From an uncultured Coriobacteriia bacterium (GTDB lineage: Bacteria; Actinomycetota; Coriobacteriia; Coriobacteriales; QAMH01), in contig CABRZR010000001.1 in the NCBI GenBank assembly GCA_902475535.1, positions 15,995 to 79,994 on the forward strand: a stretch of 64,000 bases of DNA, read 5' to 3'. How positions within the stretch are numbered: the stretch's first letter is position 1; the number at the start of each line of letters is the position of its first letter. Positions 39,001 to 46,142 of this stretch are shown here, one piece after another. Below the pieces are notes generated by a model that ran no database searches, had not been told where the DNA came from, and saw only the letters and a program-made list of their open reading frames with translations. Both the position numbers and the translations under genes were made by a program.

Positions 39001-42000
39001 TCAGCCTCGACGGTGACCATGTTGATGAGAACGGCGTAGTTCTCGCCAATGGCCTTGAGCCAGGGAACGCTTGCCGCGTTCTCGGTCACGCTGCGATTGA
39101 TGACCGCCGAGTTGGGATTGGGGCCCGTCCCCCTGTACTCGTCGGTACCCAAGGTGAGTGCTCCGGCGGTGCGGTCGAACTTCCACCAGGCGTTGTCGTT
39201 ACTGTCGAAGCGACCGCGCAGGTTGTTGCTCGACCAGGTGTAGGTCATTGCGCCGGGAACGATGGAGTTACCAGCGTAGCGGTTCTTGAGGTTTTCGGTC
39301 GTGCCAAACCAAATGCCATCGGAGCAATCCCAGCTACCGGCAGAGGCGATGCGGGTCTTCATGAGCTCGGCATCGTCAAGACCGGTACCCTCGAGAATCA
39401 CGGTCTGGCAGATCTTGAAGGTCGCGATAGCTTCGAGGTAGGCAAACATATTAGTGCGAACCGCGCTCTGCGGCATGTTCCATCCGGAGATGTCGAGAGT
39501 AACGACGAAGTTGTCGCCCTCAAACATGCCCTCGAAGGTCTGGGCAGCCGTGACGTTCCAACGAGCCAGGGCGTCGATGGTGACGAGGTCCTTCGTGTTG
39601 CGGAACATGTGCGCGAAGTTCGTAACGTGGGAGGTGTCCCAGTCACCGATGGTGGGCTGCACAGTCATGAGGTTGCAGCCATCGAAGAGGCCCTCGAGCG
39701 AGGTGATCGTGCTGGTGTTCCATGCGGCAACGCCCGAGAGCGAGTTGAGTGCGTTGCAGTCCTTGAAGAGGTTGGCGAGCGAATGGGTTTCGGAAAGGTC
39801 GACGCCGGCACCGTTGAAGCTAACCAGCGATGCGTATCCGGCAAACCATCCATCGGTTACGGTGCCGTTGCCACCAAGGTTCTGCGGCTTGACCCGAGTG
39901 GGGTTGCTCGCATCTCCCGTGGCGCGGAAGACAACGTAGTTGACCTGATCCTTGCGGATGACCCCATTCCAGGGAAGGTTGGATGCATCCTGCGTCACTA
40001 TAGTATTAGTGGCCCCCGGATCCGCACCAATCGTGATGGTACCGTTAGTATAAATCCAGTAGACGCTGTCGTTTCCATCGAAGCGACCGGAGCGCATGGA
40101 CGGATCCCAGATATATGTGAAGGAACCTGTAGCATCTCCCTCAATCGAAGAGGAGACGGGATAGCGCGCGGCGAGGTTTTCACTGGAACCAAACCAAGCG
40201 CTGTCTTCGGTGGCCCAAGAACCATTTGCCGTTCCATGCTCGATGAGAGTTTCTATACCGGAACCTGTAAGAATCACGTCGCCACTCAAGAGGAGACGGC
40301 GGAGCGACGAGTTGCCGGAGAACATGTTGTCGCGGGGAGCGGTCGGCTGCATGACCCAACCCGTGAGGTTCATGCTCGTGACTCCAGCATCCATGAAGAG
40401 GAACGCGAAGCTCGTCGCAAACTCAACATTCATTCCCGTGCCATCGAAGTTGGTCATCGAAACGTAGCTCTTGAACCAGTTCTCGAAATTCACGGGAGCG
40501 ATTCCATTGCGCGTAACAACGGAACGAACGGCAAACGATCCGGTGGGGACCGCTCCCGTGGTAAGCCAGGGAACATTTGTCGCCGACTCGGTCACCTTCT
40601 TGTCGGCGGCTCCGATTGCGTTGCCGCGCGAGTCAACGGAGTCGGCACCAATGGTAAGAATGCCATCGGAAGTTCCGCTGAACATCCACCAAGCATTGTC
40701 ATTCTCGAAGCGGCCACCGATCTGATTCGGATGCCACGTATATATTAGTGCGCCCGAAGCACTCGAGGGGCGTTGGGCAGCTGTCTTGGTGGCGGAATAA
40801 CGAGTGGCAAGATTGCCCGTCGTGCCAAACCACACGCCATCCGAGCAGTCCCAGGTTCCAGCCCTTGGTTCGCGCTTCGAGAACGAATCGGTAAGTCCGG
40901 TACCTGTGAGAATTACGGTCTCCGTTACGGTGAGGGTAGTAAGCGTCGTGCAGTTCGTGAACATGTTGTCACGAGGAGCACTTGCGACCGCATCCATGTT
41001 CCAACCGGAGATGTCGATTGCGGAGAGGAAGGTGTCGCCGCGGAAAAGCGAATCGAACGAAGTGCAGTGGGAGACGTCGATTCCCGTACCGTCGAAGCTG
41101 ATGAGATTTGCGTAGTTTGCAAACCAGGATGCGAGAGTGGTCGGCGCGATGTTTCCGAAAGTCGTGATTGCCTTGATGGCGGCAGCCCCAACCGAAGGAA
41201 GTCAGGGAAGCTGCTCGGCCGTTTCGTCGACGGACTTATCAACGGCACCTGTTGCATCGATGGTCAGCGTGCTCGAGGTCTTGTCGAAGGACCAGAGCAC
41301 ATTCGCGTTGGATGCGAAGCCGGACTCATAGTAGAAATTGTAAGCATGAATTCCGGAAGGCGCGCCGGATCCAGAGTAGCGACTCACGAGATTGGCAGTC
41401 GTTCCGGACCATGCATCCGACTTCCACGTGCCGGCGTTGTCGCCACGGCTTGCCGTGTTACCCAAACCGGTACCATTAAGATTCACATTCGGATTGAGGG
41501 TTATCTTCTCAATCGCTCCCATGTTCGAAAGCATGTTGGTTTTGGTAGCCGATCCGACAGTCCAGTTCGTAAAATCGAGTTCCTTCAGATTTGAGCAACC
41601 TACAAACATATTCATGAAGGTTGTTGCCTTGGAAGTGTTCCACGATCCAATACCCTGAACAGTTTCAAGATTTGTGCAACCATTAAACATGTTTGCGAAG
41701 GTGGTCACATTTGACGTGTTCAATGAATCCGCTTGGAATGAGACGAGTGATGTGTATCCGCTAAACCAATTGGATAGGTTTGTGGGCGCAATGGGGCCCG
41801 TGATTATGACCTGGAATATGTCGGTCGTTGTAAACGAGCTCTTCCAGGGAAGCGAAGACCCGTACTCAGTGACAGCCATATCGCCGTTATCGAGCACGGG
41901 ATGGATGTTGAGCGTCATGGTTCGCGTATCGACGCTCCACGAAATATTCGAGTTGCTGGCAAAGAATCCGCTGTTGTCAGCCTGAGGGCTAATAGACGAA

Positions 42001-42554
42001 CTCGCCGCCAGAAGCGGTGAGTCCAAAGCGTCCTGCATGATCTGATCAACGCCGTCTAGGCCCGATGATGATTCGTCCGGCTTGAACAAATCGCGTACTG
42101 GGCCGTAGACCTCCCCTGACGTTTCCGTCGGCACCGCATTTTCTGCTGGTGCCGTTTGTTCAGGGGCAGATTCCGAGCGAGCACTCTCAGCGGGAAGGGC
42201 GACTGCCTCGGGGGCTGCCTTGGGGGCAGCTGCAGGAGTAGTCACCGCCGCGGATCCGGCCGAAGCCGGCATGGGGATTGCGGCTGCCGCGGATCGCGGA
42301 GCAGCCACGGGCTCTGCAGCGCTGGAAGAAGCCGCCACGGGCTGCGGTGCCGCAGCCGGAGCCATGACGACGACGGAGCCATTGGAGCCGGCACCCGCCG
42401 AAGCGATGTTCTCGGAGTTGTAGGAATTCTCGTCAGCGAGAGCAGGGGTGGCGAACGACGTAAGTACTAATATCGCGCCCGCGAAAAAAACAAGGCAAAG
42501 CGTGACGAGGGCGCGAAGAGCCCTTCGCTGCATGTCGCTGCGAGGCAGGTCCAT
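1..42554 (-). CDS. Giant secreted cell-surface adhesin-like protein. Contains DUF285/BspA-type LRR supermodules, Flg_new repeats and MucBP-like repeats. The 3' end lies beyond the window. One in-frame TGA at 41202..41204.
   Basis: The only minus ORF in the track whose low coordinate is 0 mod 3 is 41202..42839. So the minus frame in that phase has no stop from 41201 down to base 3 (13,733 codons). It is absent from the track only because it leaves the window without a stop. All large + ORFs from 27 to 41594 start at 0 mod 3 and are made of GNN/CNN codons, which marks them as antisense shadows. Hand translation is coherent along the whole length. The start is ATG at 42554 (MDLPRSDMQRR...) or 42533 (MQRRALRAL...). 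Confidence 0.85.
1403..8869. repeat. Eleven exact intragenic copies of the 12-mer GGGTCTGTCCCC. Ten are direct, with + strand starts at 1403, 2129, 2831, 3455, 4306, 4954, 5215, 7112, 7141 and 8858. One is inverted (GGGGACAGACCC at 5469..5480).
   Basis: Read directly from the sequence. The + strand shadow ORFs show the copies as GLSP or VCP. Confidence 0.9.
15060..24000 (-). repeat. Array of Listeria-Bacteroides repeat (Flg_new-type) domains
   Basis: Repeats of ~75-90 aa end in (T/V)LYAxW and have a GYxFxGW core. One example is YTVKYYENGGFGALADDRATYGVYLQLAVGGTLDGIFRDGYRFTGWNTKADGTGTQYGPGARVNDFEGSNGSIITLYAQW. Confidence 0.7.
25320..25716 (-). other. Ricin-type beta-trefoil lectin-like insert
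   Basis: Hand translation reads DFIDGRYYIHYFNHSTASLLKYIGDGSLTTDRNDTNTLWDIRHAGTTSNGTKYYTLRNVGSGAYITYG...ALALDLWYGDQSRGLSQWHRNDAQDKWGW. It contains QxW-like motifs and is a locally AT-richer segment. Confidence 0.4.
29661..30137 (-). other. Lower-GC insert resembling a carbohydrate-binding or jelly-roll module
   Basis: Hand translation reads ...SYWFASSKIDHSNASVPGFGSWSGSASSFSVNGNAITIHGISGWSFMYVPVSLDAGTYYTYFNYTMPTYGTFFEVTNNLD...VYLVLYIDTVSDGNTATLTINDFMVCKN. It interrupts the supermodule periodicity. The fold call is by pattern only. Confidence 0.3.
34131..34480 (-). other. CUB-like beta-sandwich insert inside one supermodule
   Basis: Hand translation reads FGNPGYYNGYDHTWTYGNGKTSSISVTFNNGIYTERGYDWVSVWDSNGNYYLNRWSGSTG...AQYMYVRFHTDGSYTSSGWNATVV. 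This resembles the CUB pattern (SPxYP..Y...W.I....I.L.F..F..E...DYV.V.DG.....F.SD....GF.A). No HMM was run. Confidence 0.4.
41202..41204 (-). other. In-frame TGA replacing a Trp codon that is conserved in the paralogous modules
   Basis: The minus strand reads gag cag ctt ccc TGA ctt cct tcg gtt. Paralogous modules have (L/V)PW at this point. Confidence 0.9.
41202..42554 (-). CDS. N-terminal ORF of the giant gene as literally terminated by TGA. It covers the signal peptide, the Ala/Pro/Ser-rich linker and the first LRR module.
   Basis: ORF track entry 41202..42839. The AT-rich upstream part of that entry is unlikely to be coding. A signal peptide-like segment MQRRALRALVTLCLVFFAGAILVLTSFATPALA is followed by DENSYNSEN and AAAPQPVAASSSAAEPVAAP low complexity. 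Then come DUF285-type repeats (NVTTFANMFNGCTNLETVQGIGSWNTSKATTFMNMFVGCSNLKELDFTNW). Confidence 0.7.
   Translation of the reverse strand: MDLPRSDMQRRALRALVTLCLVFFAGAILVLTSFATPALADENSYNSENIASAGAGSNGSVVVMAPAAAPQPVAASSSAAEPVAAPRSAAAAIPMPASAGSAAVTTPAAAPKAAPEAVALPAESARSESAPEQTAPAENAVPTETSGEVYGPVRDLFKPDESSSGLDGVDQIMQDALDSPLLAASSSISPQADNSGFFASNSNISWSVDTRTMTLNIHPVLDNGDMAVTEYGSSLPWKSSFTTTDIFQVIITGPIAPTNLSNWFSGYTSLVSFQADSLNTSNVTTFANMFNGCTNLETVQGIGSWNTSKATTFMNMFVGCSNLKELDFTNWTVGSATKTNMLSNMGAIEKITLNPNVNLNGTGLGNTASRGDNAGTWKSDAWSGTTANLVSRYSGSGAPSGIHAYNFYYESGFASNANVLWSFDKTSSTLTIDATGAVDKSVDETAEQLP
42435..42533 (-). other. Predicted Sec signal peptide of the giant protein
   Basis: It has a basic n-region (RRALR), a hydrophobic core (LVTLCLVFFAGAILVLTSF) and an A-L-A motif before DENSY. 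No predictor was run. Confidence 0.65.
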
Positions 42555-43433
42555 GTATGTCCGCTTTGTGCTCAATACAACTCCTGAACGGGGGTTATGA
42601 AAAACACATCGAGGTGGAACGGAAGGGAAACAAGGGGTAGAACGGCTAGGGACGTTTGAGAAGGATGATTTGGATTGAAAAAACGCGGTAGACGTGGTGT
42701 TTTGGGATTCGAATTGTACTTCCCTCAAGTAAAAAACGCCTGCGTAACCAGCCGTTTTGCCCAGTATCGTTTGCGAACGGTAGGTTATTTCGGGCGGATG
42801 ACAGTGATTTTCCCCATCGTGTCCATTTTTTCTCGACACGTCTCCACAATTTCTTGAGAAGTGAGTCTGCTAGGTGTCAAAGTCCATTATTTCCCGAAAT
42901 GATATTTGAGCGTTCGTTCGATGTATCGTTTCGAGGCGAATTTTCGACTCGGAGTCATTTTCATGAAATTATTCCGTATTACATATAAAGATTTATCATA
43001 AAACGTGATTAAGATTCCGACGACCGATCCCTGTGGAAAACTTCGCATCTCGACGCGGAATTTTTATCTAGGATTTGGATAAATCTTTATCGCGATTTAA
43101 GATAACTCAACAGGCACGTTCTGCGTGCGATTTTCTCCAGATTCTTTATCTGTTCTCGGTATAATTTTATAGGCTTCAATTTCTCGGACTGATATACAGA
43201 AAATGTCTCTGATTTCATACATTTTTGAGGCGTTTCTTGAGCAGCCTTTCGGCTTTCCCCTCCCCCGTGCTCTTTCTGCACTCGTACCCCCTTAATCGCT
43301 CCGCGCGATAATTCCGCGCCACCCTCCGCGCCCAGGCGCGGAACCCTCGATCGAGGTTTCTCGACTCCGGCGCTTCGCGCCTCCGCTCGAAACGAAAAGA
43401 GGGCGCACCCCCTTCGATCGAAATGACCCTCGA

Positions 43434-43467
43434 GGGTCTGTCCCCTTATTACTAGGGGTCTGTCCCC
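43434..43467. promoter_or_regulatory. Tandem pair of GGGTCTGTCCCCTTATT (43434 and 43456, 22-bp spacing) in the upstream region of the giant gene
   Basis: The sequence is gagGGTCTGTCCCCTTATTactagGGGTCTGTCCCCTTATTgcc. It is non-coding and lies 880 bp upstream of ATG 42554. Its function is unknown. Confidence 0.6.
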
Positions 43468-44196
43468 TTATTGCCATGAGATATCGTTGAACAGGTCATA
43501 TGCATATTTGTTCATATAACATTTGCTCATTTGTGATATGTGAATGAATAGGTTCTCCCATGCAACGAGGGCTTTTCCGAGAACCGCCGCATGCCTCCTC
43601 GGACCCCTGCTTGCGAGGTGCATCTTCAGGGTGATGATCGTGCGTCCCAGCGCTTCCCCACACCCCCTCATTCGCTCTCGAGCATGTTGCAAATCGAGGC
43701 GCGGACGCAACGCGGAAGTGTTCGTCTGGCGCCTCGATTTTTGGGGGTTCCGCGCTTTGTTCCGCGCCTCCGAAACGAGTCTTCCGAGCCTCACCTTGCG
43801 CCACGATTTTGAAGGCTCCGGATTGACTCCGTTCTTTGTCTGGTCACTCCTCCGGATTTGAGGATGTTAGCTCCGATTCGAGACCAGAATCGGTCCGATT
43901 TTGATCCAAAATCGCTCTTGTTTCGCTCGCCAAAGTGTCCTTCTTACTGGTACCTGCTCCTGCGTCAAATTGAGGCTGGATTTGCATGTGAAAAGAGAGT
44001 TTTCCACAACACCTTTTAGACGCAGATTTCTCCCCAAACAGAGCCTGGTTTCTCCTGTTTTTCACCCCTCTTTTTCCTCCTGGAACGACCCTCGAAATAT
44101 GCTCGGGTTCGTTCACATGAAGCCAAAACCACCCCTCGTAGGCCATGCAGCGGTATCATGTGGGCTGCACAGGCCCGTACCTTCCGGAGCATACGC

Positions 44197-45231
44197 ATGG
44201 CATATTTCGACAAAACCGCAGGTGAACAGCCTGTGACACAAGTCAGCGAGGCAGAGCGCATCGTCAGGCTCATGCTCTTCATACGCGAAAACGGTCCGAT
44301 TGACCTCGCTGGCATACGGCGCGCCCTTCCTTATGAATATGGCAAAGCCGCCGGTAGCGAGGATTCCACACGCCGTCGTTTCGAGCGTGACAAGAAGACG
44401 CTGCAGGACAGTGGTGTCTTCCTTACCGTTGACGACCGGCAGCGATACGCGCTTGACGCCGCCAGAACGCTTGCCGCACCCCTCGTCCTCACAAAACCGC
44501 AGGTCAGCCTTCTGCGTTTGCTTTGCGGGGCCTTGCTGGACGACGAGGACTACCCGTTCAAGGAGGAGCTGCGCATGGTGCTCGTCAAGCTTGGCGACGA
44601 GCTTGAGATTCCCGACATGCTTCCTCAACTCACCGATGGGAGCAGCAGCGCTCCATCACGCAACCCGCAGGGGTTTGCCAAGGTCAAGAAGGCCATCACG
44701 ACGCGCAAGCGTCTCAGTTTCGCGTACACGAACACTGCGGGAACACAATCGCAACGTACGGTCGAACCCCTGGGCTGCTTCTTTCTAAAAGGTTCCTGCT
44801 ACGTTGCCGCATATGACCCCGGCATTGACTCTGACCGGCTGTTTCGCCTCGATCGCATGAGCAAGTTGCGCGTCAACGGCACTAATCCCAAGTCCCCTGA
44901 CTTCGAGGAACGCCCCTTTGACGCCACCGACTTCTACGGCTTGCCCTTCCAGTTCGGGGACGATCGGTTTATGGCCCGCATTCGCGTCGAAGAGCCTGCA
45001 TTGCAGACGTTTTCCCAGCTCACAATGGGTATTGGCACGCTCGAGCAGGACAATGACGACCATGCCATGTGGACAGTGAACTGCCGCAACGCACACGCCC
45101 TGGCCCAGTGGTGCATCGAAAATGGCCCCGGTTTACATATCGAAGAGCCAGAATCCGCACGTCAGACGTATATCGACGGCCTCAAGGCCTACCTCAGCGC
45201 CGCCCGCGAGGAGGTGCACCATGAAGGATAA
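44197..45231 (+). CDS. WYL-domain transcriptional regulator (PafB/PafC-like, HTH-WYL-WCX)
   Basis: ORF track 44158..45231. ATG at 44197 follows a GGAG. Features include the N-terminal HTH-like RIVRLMLFIRENGPIDLAGIRRAL, the core RTVEPLGCFFLKGSCYVAAYDP...RLFRLDRM and the C-terminal extension. Confidence 0.75.
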   Translation: MAYFDKTAGEQPVTQVSEAERIVRLMLFIRENGPIDLAGIRRALPYEYGKAAGSEDSTRRRFERDKKTLQDSGVFLTVDDRQRYALDAARTLAAPLVLTKPQVSLLRLLCGALLDDEDYPFKEELRMVLVKLGDELEIPDMLPQLTDGSSSAPSRNPQGFAKVKKAITTRKRLSFAYTNTAGTQSQRTVEPLGCFFLKGSCYVAAYDPGIDSDRLFRLDRMSKLRVNGTNPKSPDFEERPFDATDFYGLPFQFGDDRFMARIRVEEPALQTFSQLTMGIGTLEQDNDDHAMWTVNCRNAHALAQWCIENGPGLHIEEPESARQTYIDGLKAYLSAAREEVHHEG

Positions 45232-46138
45232 GCAGCTGCTCCTTGCAATCATGGCCCAGCTCGAGCGCGAGAAAATCGTGTCGATTCCCCAGCTTGCGGT
45301 GCTTCTCGGCGTCGACGAGCAGAGCATTTATGATGCGCTCGAGACCCTCGTCTTCGCCTATGACGCAGCATCAATACGCCTTGACCTGCACGATTCGTAC
45401 GCGACGCTCCAAACCTACGGCACCGATCGCCTCCTGCGACTGACCGCGCCCGAGGCTGACGCCCTCGTCGATGCGCTCACGGCGGCGGGCTTTTCGCCCG
45501 ATGATGAGCTTGTGACCGCGCTCCTGCGCACCAAAACCGTGCTGGGAGGCCCTGAGAGCGCTTCTAAGCCCCGTTTGAGGGTCGTGACGGAGTCCGCATA
45601 CCCGGATGTTGCTCAAACGCTTGCAGCGGCCTGTGAGGACCTCGAACACCACATCCTTGAGATTAGCTACCGTGGCACGGATGACGAAACGCCGCTGACC
45701 AGGCACGTTGAACCCCTGCGCATCTTCTCGGAAGACAGCCATCGCTACCTGCAGGCATATTGCCGCACGTCAGAAGGCTGGCGCTCGTTCAGAATCGACC
45801 GCATCTCGCATGCGCAAGCGCTCGACGAGTGCTTTTCTCCCCGCTCAGACGCTCCTCGTCCCTCCATCGCCCTCGATGCGAACTCACGTGCGCAGCTGCT
45901 GCTCAGCGCGGATTGCCCGCTACCCGCTTGGCGCAACCTCAAGGTCACGGCCACGAACGCCGACGGTTCGTGCACGGTGAGCATTCCCTGGACAGGCAGC
46001 TCCTGGCTACCCAAACACGTCGTCGCGCTCATGGGCAAGGCGCTTGTGCTCAAGCCACAGTCACTTGTTGACGCCTGCAAGGAATACGCGGAAAAGCTCC
46101 TTCAAGCGGGAAGTATGCACGATCTCTCAGATGAGTAA
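45221..46138 (+). CDS. Second WYL-domain regulator (PafC/PafB-like partner), overlapping the first by 11 nt
   Basis: ATG at 45221 follows GAGGAGG. Sequence includes MKDKQLLLAIMAQLEREKIVSIPQLAVLLGVDEQSIYDALE... and RHVEPLRIFSEDSHRYLQAYCRTSEGWRSFRIDRI. Confidence 0.75.
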   Translation: MKDKQLLLAIMAQLEREKIVSIPQLAVLLGVDEQSIYDALETLVFAYDAASIRLDLHDSYATLQTYGTDRLLRLTAPEADALVDALTAAGFSPDDELVTALLRTKTVLGGPESASKPRLRVVTESAYPDVAQTLAAACEDLEHHILEISYRGTDDETPLTRHVEPLRIFSEDSHRYLQAYCRTSEGWRSFRIDRISHAQALDECFSPRSDAPRPSIALDANSRAQLLLSADCPLPAWRNLKVTATNADGSCTVSIPWTGSSWLPKHVVALMGKALVLKPQSLVDACKEYAEKLLQAGSMHDLSDE

Positions 46139-46142
46139 ACGC

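Larger units (their letters stand above)
24000..41990 (-). repeat. About 20 tandem, divergent supermodules of 0.65-1.2 kb each. Each has a WW-x-(Y/F)...TLT(I/L)G...LPW head, 5-8 DUF285/BspA-type 26-residue repeats, and a G-x-W...RYP...YxW...GGRF tail.
   Basis: Hand translation shows recurring W(N/D)(T/V)SxVTx(M/F)xxMFxGC every ~25 aa. Recurring heads include DNAWWMFSGTSDGILTIGAD, DNAWWKFDRTAGALTLGTD, QNTWWTYVKASKLLTIGSD and NNVWWRYDMSEHTLTLGLE. Boundaries are approximate. Confidence 0.7.

Noticed and set aside
194-41257. Dozens of 60-290 aa minus-strand ORFs rich in S/T/P/R
   Set aside because: They lie in the two wrong phases of the giant gene, with low coordinates at 1 or 2 mod 3. Their low-complexity composition is typical of off-frame GC-rich sequence.
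27-41594. Very long + strand ORFs (27..2621, 2673..5207, 5253..20990 at 5245 aa, 21495..25388, 25932..30968, 37269..40748 and others)
   Set aside because: All share one phase and consist almost only of GNN/CNN codons, with no recognisable motifs. They are the codon-aligned antisense of the minus-strand giant gene. They break only where the sense strand uses TTA, CTA or TCA codons.
43455-43467. Resemblance of GGGGTCTG... to the first 8 nt of Tn3-family terminal inverted repeats
   Set aside because: Similarity ends after 8 nt. There is no 38-bp IR, no partner IR at element distance, and no transposase or resolvase in the window.
43336-43755. 11-bp inverted repeat GCGCGGAACCC / GGGTTCCGCGC flanking ~400 bp that contains the motif tandem, as a candidate invertible promoter
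   Set aside because: An 11-bp GC-rich inverted match within 1.6 kb of GC-rich DNA is about what chance allows. It is worth including in an inverton read-mapping test but is not supportable from sequence alone.
42646-44315. Small overlapping ORFs in the intergenic region (for example 43087..43281, 43468..43794, 43544..43861, 43844..44146)
   Set aside because: They mutually overlap on both strands, lack RBS or start context, and show Arg/Ser/Pro-rich or AT-rich junk composition with no recognisable motifs.
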